48,272 nt of DNA from an uncultured Rhodospirillaceae bacterium (GCA_964624655.1 CAZUXH010000002.1:1-48272); one strand, 5' to 3'. Counted from the first letter of the stretch, positions 30,559 through 41,015 are shown. Numbers and translations are program-made. Notes: a model not told the origin generated them from the letters alone.

Positions 30559-30683
30559 TTTATTGCTCCTTTTTTATTGGATTTAAACTAAATAATTTAA
30601 GTAGGTAAAAGTTTCTATTGTATTTAATTTCATTCTATCATAGAACAACTCTTCACTTCTAAATTTTTGGAGAAAATTAGTCG

Positions 30684-31670
30684 ATGTCAGAATCTTGCAA
30701 TGCGTTATTAGTTAAAAAAAATGAAACTGAAACTAATGTTAACGTAGAAAAAATCTCTATCGATGATATTAAAGAAGAAGAATTAGAAATCACCACTAAA
30801 CATTCTAGTGTAAATTACAAAGATGGCCTTGCTACTACGCCTAATGCAGGATTTATAAAAAAATGGCCACACGTGCCAGGAATAGATGTCGCAGGCATTG
30901 TCTCAAAGAGTAATAGCAAAAAGTTTAAAGAGGGAGATGAAGTTATAGGCACAGGCTTTGGAATAGGAGCAGAAAAATATGGTGGATATTCTCAAAAACT
31001 AATTTTACCTTCCGATTGGATACTTCACCGACCCAAAAATCTTTCTCTTAAAGATGCTATGAGATTCGGAACGGCTGGTTTTACAGCCGCTTTAGCTATA
31101 AGAAGATTAGAAGAAAACTTTATAACTCCTGAAAAAGGAGAAATAATTGTAACGGGGGCTTCTGGTGGCGTAGGAACAATGGCCGTATCAATGCTTTCAT
31201 CCCTAGGATATGACGTAGTGGCCTCCACAGGTAAATCAAAGGCTAAGGAGCTATTAATCAATCTTGGGGCAAAAAGAGTAATATCCAGAGAAGAAACAAA
31301 CTTGGAAGCAAAACCTATGGGAAGTGCATTATGGGCAGGTGCTATAGATCAAGTGGGGGGCACCATACTTAAATGGATTCTATCTACTATGAAATATAGA
31401 GGAGTATGTGCCTCAACAGGTTTAACCTTAAGTCCAAAATTCGATAGTTTTGTGTTTCCATTTATTATAAGAGGTGCATCACTATTGGGCATAGACTCTG
31501 TTCAATGTCCTATGACCGAGAGACCTAAACTCTGGGAAAGAATGTCTAATGAGTTAAAACCAGATTCCTTATCTAGTATGGGTAATGATGTCACATTAGA
31601 AGAGCTTCCAAATACATTGAATGAAATCCTTAATGGAAAAATAACTGGTAGAACGGTTGTAAATTTATAA
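30684..31670 (+). CDS. MDR-family NADPH:quinone/acrylyl-CoA reductase (YhdH/AcuI subfamily)
   Basis: The 328-aa ORF has SSVNYKDGLA, PHVPGIDVAGIV, GGYSQKL, AMRFGTAGFTAALAI and VTGASGGVG. These align with E. coli YhdH as I remember it. Confidence 0.8.
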   Translation: MSESCNALLVKKNETETNVNVEKISIDDIKEEELEITTKHSSVNYKDGLATTPNAGFIKKWPHVPGIDVAGIVSKSNSKKFKEGDEVIGTGFGIGAEKYGGYSQKLILPSDWILHRPKNLSLKDAMRFGTAGFTAALAIRRLEENFITPEKGEIIVTGASGGVGTMAVSMLSSLGYDVVASTGKSKAKELLINLGAKRVISREETNLEAKPMGSALWAGAIDQVGGTILKWILSTMKYRGVCASTGLTLSPKFDSFVFPFIIRGASLLGIDSVQCPMTERPKLWERMSNELKPDSLSSMGNDVTLEELPNTLNEILNGKITGRTVVNL

Positions 31671-31671
31671 C

Positions 31672-33087
31672 TTAAATATTTGGCCACCTATCCGTAAGCG
31701 ATACTGCAGTCTCAACAGCAGCAGCACATACAAATGCATCTCCATCTGCATTCGGTTTTGCTATTATTTGAAAACCAACTGGTAAACCTTCTACAAAACC
31801 ACAATTAACAGTTGCAGCAGGATGACAAGTCATATTGAAAGGATAGGTAAAAGGAGTCCAATCAAACAAATTATTTCCAAAGCCGTCTGGAACTAGTTTT
31901 TCTGCAGAAAATGCTGTTATAGGCATAGTAGGTCCGACAATATAGTCAAATTTTTGAAATATTTTATTTATTACAGTCCCATTACTCCCTCTAGATGCTT
32001 CCACTTCTAATCTATCAAATAAGGAATGTGTTTTTCCTATTTCACAAAATTTTCTAAAAACTGGATCTAATTTAGAGAATTGTTCTTTAGTAAAATTTCT
32101 AGACAAAAAAGCTGCACCAGAAGTCCATAAAACATGAAAAGCTTTTTTGGGGTCATATTCCCATTCTATGTTTACTTGTTCAATTTTTGCTCCAGCAAGT
32201 TCTAACAATTTTACAGTTCTTTTTATTGTCCTATCAACATCAGATTGAACTAATTTATTTTTTATAAATTTTTCCATACCAAAATCTGGACAGTAAGCTA
32301 TCTTTTTTCCTTTTATTCCCTCCGATAACCTTTCTATAAAATTACTATCCATATGAGAATCTGCGTGCCAATCTCTCCAATCTGGACTACTAATAACAGA
32401 AAACAAAATAGCTCCTTCATGGACAGTCCTAGTCATGGGACCTAAATTGGCTATAGTTCCAAAAGGAGATAGGGGCCAAGCTGGAATTTTTCCAAAAGTT
32501 GGTTTTATACCGAAAATTCCTGTAAAAGAACAAGGAATTCTAACGCTACCACCCCCATCCGTCCCAATAGATAAAGGTCCCATGCCAGATGCTACAGCAG
32601 ATGAGGATCCTCCCGAAGATCCCCCAGAAGTAAGATCTAGGTTCCATGGATTTCTGGTAATTCCCGTTAATGGACTTTGGGTGGTTCCTCTATGACCAAA
32701 CTCAGGCGTTGTAGTTTTACCTAATAATATTGCACCTGCCTCTTTAAGCCTAGCCGTTACAGGAGCATCGTCATCCCAATCATCTTCTTTTTTTATAGTT
32801 TTTGAGCCTCTTAAAGTTGGCCATCCCTTAGTCAATAATAAATCTTTTATTGATGTAGGAACTCCATCTAATTTTCCCTTAGGAGAATTATCCATCCATC
32901 TTTTCTCTGATTCTTTTGCTTCCTTAAGAGCTTTATCTTCATCTATAAAAACGTATGCATTTATATCTTTATCTATTTTTTTTATTCTTTCTAGTACACT
33001 TTTAGATGCTTCTACAGGAGATAGAGCTTTATCTTTATATAAATTAGTTAGTTCAAATGCGGATAATTTATAAATTTCATTTTGCAA
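31672..33087 (-). CDS. Amidase-signature family amidase
   Basis: The 471-aa ORF has the AS signature GGSSGGSSSAVASG...GTDGGGSVRIP. It has a TTG start with a GGAG 8 nt upstream. Confidence 0.85.
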   Translation of the reverse strand: MQNEIYKLSAFELTNLYKDKALSPVEASKSVLERIKKIDKDINAYVFIDEDKALKEAKESEKRWMDNSPKGKLDGVPTSIKDLLLTKGWPTLRGSKTIKKEDDWDDDAPVTARLKEAGAILLGKTTTPEFGHRGTTQSPLTGITRNPWNLDLTSGGSSGGSSSAVASGMGPLSIGTDGGGSVRIPCSFTGIFGIKPTFGKIPAWPLSPFGTIANLGPMTRTVHEGAILFSVISSPDWRDWHADSHMDSNFIERLSEGIKGKKIAYCPDFGMEKFIKNKLVQSDVDRTIKRTVKLLELAGAKIEQVNIEWEYDPKKAFHVLWTSGAAFLSRNFTKEQFSKLDPVFRKFCEIGKTHSLFDRLEVEASRGSNGTVINKIFQKFDYIVGPTMPITAFSAEKLVPDGFGNNLFDWTPFTYPFNMTCHPAATVNCGFVEGLPVGFQIIAKPNADGDAFVCAAAVETAVSLTDRWPNI

Positions 33088-33284
33088 TTAAAATTCTCCT
33101 TATATTTAAAATTTTTATAGATATAAAATAGATGTTAAAATACAATAAAGATTACTTATAGAGTAAAATATGAAAAATAAAAAATATTAAATAGTATAAA
33201 ACAAAAGAAATTTTTTAGATTTTAGCTGAGATTAATAAATTTTAAACATAAGAGAAGATATTGTTTTAAGACTGGAAATTAAAA

Positions 33285-34301
33285 ATGTATTCTATTATCT
33301 ATCCAGATGTTCTTGCACGAGACAACTTTGCTGTAGAAGAAAAACTTTCCAAAGATAAATGTACTTTAACCGCATTTCAAGCAAAGAAGATGGGGGACAT
33401 ACCTGATAATATTTGGAACAACGCAGATGCCTTGGTTACAGGTTTATCTTTAAAAATTGACGTTTCAATTATAAAAAAATTACATAATTGTAAGATAATA
33501 ACAAGACTCGGTGTGGGATTTGATTTGATAGATATAAAGGCCTGCGGTAAAGCCGGAATAGTTGTCTGCAATGTTCCTGACTATGGAACTTTTGAAGTTG
33601 CAGATCATGCGATTGCTTTAATTTTAAATTTTGCAAGAGGAATATCTTTTTATAATGAAAGCTTGAAAAAAGATATTGTTTCGAACTGGGATTTTTCAAA
33701 AGCCCCTCAAATAGATAGACTGAATAATAAGACATTGGGAATTTTAGGATTGGGAAGGATTGGAACTGCATGTGCATTAAGAGCCAAGTCATTCGGATTA
33801 AATGTTAAATTTTATGATCCTTATGTTCCAGATGGGCAAGAAAAAGCATTAAATATTGGGAGATATAAATCTCCTGAAGAATTAGCAAAAGATGCAGACT
33901 ATATTTCTATTCACTGTTTAGCAAATGAGGAAACTAACAAATTAGTTAATTCGGACTTAATAAAGTTATTTAAGCCCAGTATAGTCATAGTGAATACAGC
34001 CAGAGGAGTAATTATCGATATAGATGCAATTTATACCGCTTTAAAAACTGATAAAATAAAAGCCATAGGATTGGATGTTCTTCCAAATGAGCCTCCTAGC
34101 GAAAACCATCCGCTAGTAAAAGCATGGAGAAACGAGAGCTGGTCAGAAGGAAGAATAATAATAACTCCTCATTCTGCATTCTATAGTCCAGAAGGTTTAA
34201 TATTTTTAAGAGAAAAGAGTTTAAAAACTTGTTTAGATCATATAGAAGGTATTCGTACTGCAAATTGTGTTAATGAAAGTTACTTAATAAAGCCACGCTA
34301 A
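33285..34301 (+). CDS. D-isomer-specific 2-hydroxyacid dehydrogenase (CtBP-like)
   Basis: The 338-aa ORF has the NAD-binding motif GILGLGRIGTACALRAKSFG and catalytic-region motifs (VNTARGVIID, ITPHSAF). Confidence 0.85.
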   Translation: MYSIIYPDVLARDNFAVEEKLSKDKCTLTAFQAKKMGDIPDNIWNNADALVTGLSLKIDVSIIKKLHNCKIITRLGVGFDLIDIKACGKAGIVVCNVPDYGTFEVADHAIALILNFARGISFYNESLKKDIVSNWDFSKAPQIDRLNNKTLGILGLGRIGTACALRAKSFGLNVKFYDPYVPDGQEKALNIGRYKSPEELAKDADYISIHCLANEETNKLVNSDLIKLFKPSIVIVNTARGVIIDIDAIYTALKTDKIKAIGLDVLPNEPPSENHPLVKAWRNESWSEGRIIITPHSAFYSPEGLIFLREKSLKTCLDHIEGIRTANCVNESYLIKPR

Positions 34302-34317
34302 AACAAAGGAAAATAAT

Positions 34318-34920
34318 ATGCGAATTATAGTCGACTACTATATTGCAACCCAATCCCCTTGGACATATTTAGCCACCCCAAGAGTAAATGATTTGGTTAA
34401 AAAACATAATATAGAAATAGTTTGGAAGCCATTCAATATTGCTGAGGTATTTAAAAAAAATGGAACTGCAATGGTTAAAGATAGACCTAAACCAGTCCAA
34501 ATAAATAGACTAAATGAATTAAAAAGGAGGAGTGATTATTTAAATATACCCTTAAATCTTGAACCTAAATATTTTCCTGTAGATATGACATTATCTCATA
34601 AAACAATAATATATTGTCAAAACAACAACATAGATCCATACTCTATTGCTTTTTTATTTATGCAGGCTGTATGGGCTGATGACAAAGATATATCAAACGA
34701 AAATACAGTTAAAGAATTATGTAAATTATGTAAATTGGATGATGTTAAGATTATGGATGCAATTTCAACTTCCAAAATTAGCGATCTATACCTAAAAAAT
34801 ACTGAGGATGCACTAAATAATAATGTATGGGGTGCTCCTACCTTTGTATTGGACAATGAATTGTTTTGGGGGCAAGATAGAATAAATTTCTTAGAAAGAA
34901 AAATACAATCCCTACTTTGA
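34318..34920 (+). CDS. 2-hydroxychromene-2-carboxylate isomerase / DsbA-like thioredoxin-fold protein
   Basis: The 200-aa ORF has the N-terminus IVDYYIATQSPWTYLA and the C-terminus WGAPTFVLDNELFWGQDRINFLE, typical of the HCCA-isomerase family. Confidence 0.75.
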   Translation: MRIIVDYYIATQSPWTYLATPRVNDLVKKHNIEIVWKPFNIAEVFKKNGTAMVKDRPKPVQINRLNELKRRSDYLNIPLNLEPKYFPVDMTLSHKTIIYCQNNNIDPYSIAFLFMQAVWADDKDISNENTVKELCKLCKLDDVKIMDAISTSKISDLYLKNTEDALNNNVWGAPTFVLDNELFWGQDRINFLERKIQSLL

Positions 34921-34953
34921 TAATGATTAGGTTTAGGATGCTTAAGGTAGAAA

Positions 34954-36876
34954 ATGTCAAAAAATTATAAGAAAATATTAAAAAAAATTCACTACCCTGA
35001 AGATATTAGAGAATTAGATATAGAAAGCCTAATTTCCCTCTCTGACGAAGTTAGAAAAGAAATGATAGAATCGGTATCACAAACCGGTGGACACTTGGGT
35101 GCGGGATTAGGTGTCGTAGAGCTAACAATAGCACTGCACTATGTTTTTAAAACCCCGTATGACAGATTAATTTGGGATGTGGGACATCAAAGTTATCCCC
35201 ACAAAATTATCACGGGCAGACTTAAAAAGATGCATACTTTAAGAAAAGAAAACGGTTTATCAGGATTTACAAAAAGAACTGAAAGTGAATATGATCCGTT
35301 TGGAGCCGCTCATGCCGCTACTTCAATTTCTTCAGCGTTAGGCATGGCTGTTGCTGCAAATTTGAGAAACGAAGATAGAAGGATTGTCTCAGTTATAGGG
35401 GATGGAGCAATGACAGCAGGAATGGCTTATGAAGCAATGAATAATGCCGGTTCAATGGAACTTCCCCTAGTGGTAATTCTAAATGATAACGATATGTCCA
35501 TTGCCCCTCCTGTTGGCGCAATGAGTGCATATTTATCTAAACTTATATCATCTTCGTCATATAGAAGCTTAAGAGCAGTAGCAGGACAAGTGGCAAAAAG
35601 ATTTCCAAAAACACTAGCAAAAACCGCTAAAAAAGCAGAAGAATATGCCAGAGGAATTGTAACAGGAGGTACACTGTTTGAAGAATTAGGGTTTTACTAC
35701 ATAGGGCCAATAGACGGTCATAACCTAAAGCATCTAATCCCTGTTTTACAAAATATAAAAGACAAGCCTCACGATGGGCCTATATTAGTCCATGTAGTTA
35801 CACGCAAAGGAAATGGTTATCCTCCAGCAGAAGAAAGTTCTGATAAGTTCCATGGAGTATCAAAGTTTAATGTAGTTACAGGAATACAACCTAAAAATAA
35901 AAAATCAGCACCAAGTTATTCTTCAGTATTTGCAAATACACTATGTTCTTTGGCAAAAGATGATGAAAAAATAGTAGCAGTGACAGCTGCTATGCCATCT
36001 GGAACAGGACTAACGAGTTTTGCTGAAAAGTTCCCAGAAAGATTTTTTGACGTAGGAATTGCAGAGCAACATGCTGTAACCTTTTCTGCAGGATTAGCTG
36101 CCGAAGGGATGAAGCCCTTTGCGACTATATACTCCACTTTTTTACAGCGAGCTTATGATCAAATAATTCACGATGTTGCTCTACAAAAATTGCCTGTAAG
36201 ATTTGCTATCGATAGAGCTGGTTTGGTTGGTGCTGATGGTCCAACTCATGCTGGAGCATTCGATATAGCTTTTTTAGCCAATATTCCTAATATGGTGGTA
36301 ATGGCCGCTGCTGATGGGGAAGAATTAAAAAAAATGTGTATTACAGCTTCAAATATAAACGATAGGCCTTCGGCTTTTAGATATCCTAGAGGAGAAAGTA
36401 TAGGACTAAAAAATACTAAAACAATGTTTCCTCTAACTATAGGCAAAGGCCGTGTAGTAAAAAAAGGTAATACAATAGCAATTTTATCCTTTGGAGCAAG
36501 ATTGGGAGAATGTTTAATAGCTTCTGAGCTACTTGAAAAGAAAGGTTTGAGTACAACAGTAGCAGATGCAAGATTTTGTAAGCCTTTAGATAAAAATTTA
36601 ATTGATAGTTTATATAATAAGCACTCTATCTTAGTGACCATAGAAGAAGGGGTGATAGGAGGATTTGGATCACATGTTGCAAAACATATCTCAGATAGTC
36701 AGGATTTAAATAATATTTCCAAATTTTTATCGATAGTATTTCCAGACCATTTTATAGAACAGGCAACACCAGAAAATATGTATAAAAATGCAGCCTTAGA
36801 TGCAGAATCTATTGCTAACAAAATACATAAATTTATTAGCATAAAATATGAAAAAAGTAGTGATTTAAAAGCTTAA
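34954..36876 (+). CDS. dxs: 1-deoxy-D-xylulose-5-phosphate synthase
   Basis: The 640-aa ORF has [21 protein letters not shown], the ThDP motif [18 protein letters not shown]...ILNDN, and [12 protein letters not shown]. Confidence 0.97.
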   Translation: MSKNYKKILKKIHYPEDIRELDIESLISLSDEVRKEMIESVSQTGGHLGAGLGVVELTIALHYVFKTPYDRLIWDVGHQSYPHKIITGRLKKMHTLRKENGLSGFTKRTESEYDPFGAAHAATSISSALGMAVAANLRNEDRRIVSVIGDGAMTAGMAYEAMNNAGSMELPLVVILNDNDMSIAPPVGAMSAYLSKLISSSSYRSLRAVAGQVAKRFPKTLAKTAKKAEEYARGIVTGGTLFEELGFYYIGPIDGHNLKHLIPVLQNIKDKPHDGPILVHVVTRKGNGYPPAEESSDKFHGVSKFNVVTGIQPKNKKSAPSYSSVFANTLCSLAKDDEKIVAVTAAMPSGTGLTSFAEKFPERFFDVGIAEQHAVTFSAGLAAEGMKPFATIYSTFLQRAYDQIIHDVALQKLPVRFAIDRAGLVGADGPTHAGAFDIAFLANIPNMVVMAAADGEELKKMCITASNINDRPSAFRYPRGESIGLKNTKTMFPLTIGKGRVVKKGNTIAILSFGARLGECLIASELLEKKGLSTTVADARFCKPLDKNLIDSLYNKHSILVTIEEGVIGGFGSHVAKHISDSQDLNNISKFLSIVFPDHFIEQATPENMYKNAALDAESIANKIHKFISIKYEKSSDLKA

Positions 36877-36877
36877 T

Positions 36878-37807
36878 TTATTTAATTTCCTCAGGCAATT
36901 TAAATTCAACTTTTTCGTGAATTCCCTCTATTGTATCTATATCTGATATTTCATATTTGTTTTTAAGTTTCCCAATCAAATCATCCATTAAGACCTCGGG
37001 GGTAGAAGCCCCAGCAGTAATTCCAATATTATTAGCATCATTTACCCATTCATAATTTAGCTCATTTGAATTAGATATTCTATAGGAAGGAACACCTTGA
37101 ATACTAGCTATCTCAGCAAGCCTTACACTATTTGAGCTATTAGAATTTCCCAAAACCAGCACCACATCACATAATTCTGATATTTTTCTAACAGCTTTCT
37201 GGCGATTCTGAGTGGCATAGCAAATATCTCTCGTATCGGGTCCTTTTATATCGGGAAATCTGTGTTTTAGTACTTTTATAATCTCTCTTGTATCATCGAC
37301 TGAAAGTGTAGTTTGTGTAACATATGCTAATTGATCTTTAAACTTCTCAAGATTGATATTTTTTGCCTGTTCTACAGTCTCTATTAAAATAATTCCCTGT
37401 TTCACTCGGCCAGAAGTGCCTTCAACTTCCGGATGTCCTTTATGTCCAACTAATAAAACTTTATAATTCTTACTTGCATATTTAGAAGCTTCTATATGAA
37501 CTTTCTTAACTAGCGGGCATGTAGCATCCACGACTAAAAGATCACGATTCTGTGCTTCTATTTCAACTTTATTTGACACTCCAAGCGCACTGAAAATTAT
37601 ATGAGAATTTTTTGGAACTTGAGAAACTTCATCCACAAAAATTGCTCCCATTTTGCTTAATCTATCTACTACATGCTTATTGTGTACAATTTCATGTCTT
37701 ACATATATTGGGGAACCAAATTTTTCTATAGCTCTTTCTACTATATCTATAGCTCTCTTCACCCCAGCACAAAAACCTCTAGGTTGAGCTAAAATAATTT
37801 TTTTCAT
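36878..37807 (-). CDS. ispH: 4-hydroxy-3-methylbut-2-enyl diphosphate reductase
   Basis: The N-terminus MKKIILAQPRGFCAGV is canonical for IspH, and VGHKGHPEV and GASTPE are also present. I prefer ATG 37807. The track's TTG at 37816 adds 3 residues. Confidence 0.94.
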   Translation of the reverse strand: MKKIILAQPRGFCAGVKRAIDIVERAIEKFGSPIYVRHEIVHNKHVVDRLSKMGAIFVDEVSQVPKNSHIIFSALGVSNKVEIEAQNRDLLVVDATCPLVKKVHIEASKYASKNYKVLLVGHKGHPEVEGTSGRVKQGIILIETVEQAKNINLEKFKDQLAYVTQTTLSVDDTREIIKVLKHRFPDIKGPDTRDICYATQNRQKAVRKISELCDVVLVLGNSNSSNSVRLAEIASIQGVPSYRISNSNELNYEWVNDANNIGITAGASTPEVLMDDLIGKLKNKYEISDIDTIEGIHEKVEFKLPEEIK

Positions 37808-37946
37808 AACAATCAATCCATAAAATTTATTATAATTTTTATCACCATAACTTATATAATTTAAATTTCATAGTATATGCTTATTGCCATTTTTAATTTT
37901 TGCGTTAATAATAAGTAAATAAAATTATTAATTTTAAATTGAGATT

Positions 37947-38417
37947 ATGATGCACCATTCGAAATCTTTAATAACACTTACCATTCTAATTTTTTTATTT
38001 TCTTTTAAATCTGCATTTTCACAAAATGCTGAAGATATAGTTAAATACAGGATAAATATTATGAAGGCCATAGGTGGTCATATTTCTGTAATAGCTGCTA
38101 ATGTTAAAGGGAAAGTGGACATACAAGAGGATATTAAGACACATTCTCAAGCTCTCTACATCACTATAAAATCTATCAATATAGAAAAAACTTTTCCCCC
38201 TAAAACTTCTCATAAAGAGATTGAAAAATCTAGAGCACTTGAAGATATTTGGATTGCTACAGAAGAATATAATATCGCAATGCAAAACTCAATTTTGGCG
38301 GCCAAGAATCTTTCAGACATAGCAAATTCAGGTGATAAAAATGCAGTAGGTAAAGCTTTAGGTGCTTTAGGAAAAACCTGCGGAGCCTGCCATAAAAAAT
38401 TCAGAAAAGAAAAATAA
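37947..38417 (+). CDS. Class II c-type cytochrome (cytochrome c'/c556-like), periplasmic
   Basis: The 156-aa ORF has a signal peptide (…FSFKSAFS/QNAED). The layout looks four-helix-bundle-like, with a single heme site at the extreme C-terminus (CGACHKKFR). Confidence 0.75.
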   Translation: MMHHSKSLITLTILIFLFSFKSAFSQNAEDIVKYRINIMKAIGGHISVIAANVKGKVDIQEDIKTHSQALYITIKSINIEKTFPPKTSHKEIEKSRALEDIWIATEEYNIAMQNSILAAKNLSDIANSGDKNAVGKALGALGKTCGACHKKFRKEK

Positions 38418-38418
38418 T

Positions 38419-39285
38419 ATTAAATATCAAAATATATTCTTTACTATCATTTTAGTTTTAATAGTATCATTTTCTCAAAATATAAAGGCAAAAGACAACA
38501 ATATAGAAGAAGGTGCTCGATTAGCTCATTTCTCGGGATGCTTTGGATGTCATACTAAAAAGGAAGATTTTGAATTTTCAGGTGGTCGCCCATTAAAAAC
38601 AAAATATGGAATTTTCTTTACTCCTAATATTACAAGTCATAAGAAATTTGGAATAGGAAAATGGAGTGAAAAAGATTTTATTAAAGCTTTAAAAGAAGGA
38701 AAAAATATAAATAACACCCCATATTATCCTTCTTTCCCATATCATTGGTATAAAAATATGAAAACAGAGGATATAAAAAAAATCTATTACTTTTTATTAT
38801 CTACCAATCCTATAAATAAAAAAAATCTAAAGCATCAATTGAAATTCCCATACAAAATTAGAGAATTTTTATGGATATGGAACGTATTAAATGAAATATT
38901 AAGTAAACCTACTAAAGATTATAATGATAAAAACCATGACGAAAAACTTTTAAGAGGCAAATATTTAGTGACTGCCGCAGGTCATTGTGGAGCCTGCCAT
39001 TCTCCAAGAACATGGTTCTCTATAGTAAAAAACTATCATGATTTAAGTGGAAGAAAAGAAACCCAAAAAGATTTAAAAGATGGGGCACCCAATATATCCC
39101 CAAGTAAATCTGAGGGTATAGGAAAATGGTCTCAATCTGATATAGTTTTTTATCTAGAAACTGGCATTAAACCTGATGGTGATTTTGCCACAGAAATCAT
39201 GCAATCAATAATTGATGATGCTACTTCTTACTTAAAAACTGAAGATCTGGAAGCAATTGCCTATTACCTTCTAAATAATAAATAG
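38419..39285 (+). CDS. Diheme c-type cytochrome (COG2010-like) with a proposed non-canonical ATT start
   Basis: The frame is open from 38371 to 39285. It encodes a signal-like IKYQNIFFTIILVLIVSFSQNIKA, then heme site 1 (CFGCH) and heme site 2 (GHCGACHSPR). The first ATG/GTG/TTG in frame is 38758, which would remove the signal peptide and the first heme domain. The exact 5' end is uncertain; ATT 38419 is preferred and ATA 38392 is possible. Confidence 0.7.
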   Translation: MKYQNIFFTIILVLIVSFSQNIKAKDNNIEEGARLAHFSGCFGCHTKKEDFEFSGGRPLKTKYGIFFTPNITSHKKFGIGKWSEKDFIKALKEGKNINNTPYYPSFPYHWYKNMKTEDIKKIYYFLLSTNPINKKNLKHQLKFPYKIREFLWIWNVLNEILSKPTKDYNDKNHDEKLLRGKYLVTAAGHCGACHSPRTWFSIVKNYHDLSGRKETQKDLKDGAPNISPSKSEGIGKWSQSDIVFYLETGIKPDGDFATEIMQSIIDDATSYLKTEDLEAIAYYLLNNK

Positions 39286-39287
39286 TA

Positions 39288-39800
39288 TTATGTATTTCTA
39301 TTATTAAAATATTTAAATAAAGTTCCTTCTCTTTCATTAATTGACGACCAAAAAGGAATATTAAGCACAATTACTGCGGCAGCTGAAGTAGAAAATTTAT
39401 TATCCAAAGTATTTTCTAGACCTGAAGCAAAAGAGCCAGTCAGCAAATTTATTAATCTTTTTAAACCAGGTTCATGACCTACCAAAGCTATAGCCTCAAA
39501 TTCTTCATCAATTTGTTTTATATATTGAAACAAATAATTTTCATCTGCTAGATAGAGATTATTATCAATAATTACTTTAGGTTTGCTATCTAAATGTTCA
39601 GTTAAAATTGTAGTAGTGGCCTTTGCTCTTAAAGAAGAAGAAGAATAAATTATATCAATATTTATACCAAGGTTGTTCAACCAATTACCTGTAATTTTTG
39701 CATCTTCCTTTCCTATTTTATTTAAAGTCCTATCGTGATCTTCTTGCCCTTCTCTATAAAGCATTGCTTTCGAATGTCTTATAACAAATAAATTTTTCAT
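39288..39800 (-). CDS. Histidine-phosphatase superfamily protein (SixA-like phosphohistidine phosphatase)
   Basis: The 170-aa ORF has the N-terminal motif FVIRHSKA (an RHG-type motif), SSSLRAKATT and LVGHEPGL, consistent with the SixA layout. Confidence 0.7.
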   Translation of the reverse strand: MKNLFVIRHSKAMLYREGQEDHDRTLNKIGKEDAKITGNWLNNLGINIDIIYSSSSLRAKATTTILTEHLDSKPKVIIDNNLYLADENYLFQYIKQIDEEFEAIALVGHEPGLKRLINLLTGSFASGLENTLDNKFSTSAAAVIVLNIPFWSSINEREGTLFKYFNNRNT

Positions 39801-39809
39801 AAGATTACT

Positions 39810-41000
39810 TTATAGCCTTTCTATTGCCTCTAGACCCCTATTTAAATCATCCAATAAATCACCAATATCTTCTATTCCTACAGATAGTCTTATCAAACCA
39901 TCCTCAATACCTAGTTTTTCTCTAACATTTTTTGGCACCGATGCATGAGTCATTATTCCTGGATGTTCAATGAGACTTTCTACTCCTCCTAAGGATTCAG
40001 CAAGCTGAAAAATTTGACAGGTTTCTAAAAGAGTACTTGCACCTTCAACGCCTCCATTAACTATACAAGTCACTATTCCCCCAAAACCATCCATTTGTTT
40101 TTTTGCTAGCTCATAATTTGGATGGCTTTTTAATCCTGGGTAAAAAACTTTCTTAATATATTTATTTTTTTCCAAAAATTCAGCAATTTTGAGGGCATTA
40201 AAGCAATGCCTTTCCATTCTTATTGAAAGTGTTTTCAATCCTCGTAACGCCAAATAAGCATCAAAAGGACCTTGTATAGCACCCACTGCATTTTGAATAT
40301 AAGCAATGCTCTCGCTATCTTCCTCTTTTTTACATATCACTAATCCCCCTACCATATCTGAATGACCATTTAAAAACTTTGTAGCAGAGTGGATTACTAT
40401 ATCTACACCAAACTCAATAGGTCTTTGAATAAAAGGACTACAAAAAGTATTATCGACAACAGTTAATATATTTTTTACTTTGGCCTTTTGACAAATAGTT
40501 TTAAGATCAACAAGCTTTAGCATTGGGTTTGTAGGTGTTTCTATCCAAATCATGTTAACATCATTTAAATCTAGTTGATTCAACAAGTTAATATTAGATA
40601 AATCCGAATAAATAAATTTTATATTAGAGGTAACACTCCTTATTTTCTCAAACAATCTTCTTGTTCCACCATAAAGATCATCTATAGCTAAAACTGTGTC
40701 TCCTGGTTTGAGTAGAGACAGAACTGCATCTGCAGCAGCCATTCCTGAAGAAAATGCGAAAGCATTGTTGCCTCCTTCTAAGTCAGATACACATTGTTCG
40801 TATGCATAGCGAGTTGGATTTGACGTCCTGGAATACTCATAACCTTTATGTACTCCAGGACTATCTTGAACGTAAGTAGAAGAAGCATAGATAGGAGTCA
40901 TAATAGCACCTGTGCTTGGATCTGGTGATTGGCCAGCGTGTATAGATCTTGTAGCAAACCCTGATTTTGGTAAATTAGTTTTTTTCTTTTTTTTAATCAT
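39810..41000 (-). CDS. Cystathionine gamma-lyase/gamma-synthase family PLP enzyme (MccB/MetB/MetC-like)
   Basis: The 396-aa ORF has FATRSIHAGQ, YSRTSNPT and the PLP-lysine motif HSATKFLNGHSDMVGG. Confidence 0.88.
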   Translation of the reverse strand: MIKKKKKTNLPKSGFATRSIHAGQSPDPSTGAIMTPIYASSTYVQDSPGVHKGYEYSRTSNPTRYAYEQCVSDLEGGNNAFAFSSGMAAADAVLSLLKPGDTVLAIDDLYGGTRRLFEKIRSVTSNIKFIYSDLSNINLLNQLDLNDVNMIWIETPTNPMLKLVDLKTICQKAKVKNILTVVDNTFCSPFIQRPIEFGVDIVIHSATKFLNGHSDMVGGLVICKKEEDSESIAYIQNAVGAIQGPFDAYLALRGLKTLSIRMERHCFNALKIAEFLEKNKYIKKVFYPGLKSHPNYELAKKQMDGFGGIVTCIVNGGVEGASTLLETCQIFQLAESLGGVESLIEHPGIMTHASVPKNVREKLGIEDGLIRLSVGIEDIGDLLDDLNRGLEAIERL

Positions 41001-41015
41001 TTCTTAACCCACTAT

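Noticed and set aside
30633-30645. The 13-bp palindrome TTCTATcATAGAA upstream of the YhdH/AcuI-like gene, with an extra TTCTAT half-site at 30613-30618.
   Set aside because: It has short 6-bp arms and is almost entirely A/T, so a chance occurrence is plausible. No cognate regulator gene lies nearby. I note it only in case a genome-wide motif search later recovers it.
33170-33190. A six-codon mini-ORF (MKNKKY) in the 197-nt spacer upstream of the 2-hydroxyacid dehydrogenase gene, considered as a possible leader peptide.
   Set aside because: It has no Shine-Dalgarno sequence, no associated alternative hairpins, and no regulatory codon run related to the downstream gene. Such mini-ORFs are expected by chance in A/T-rich spacers.
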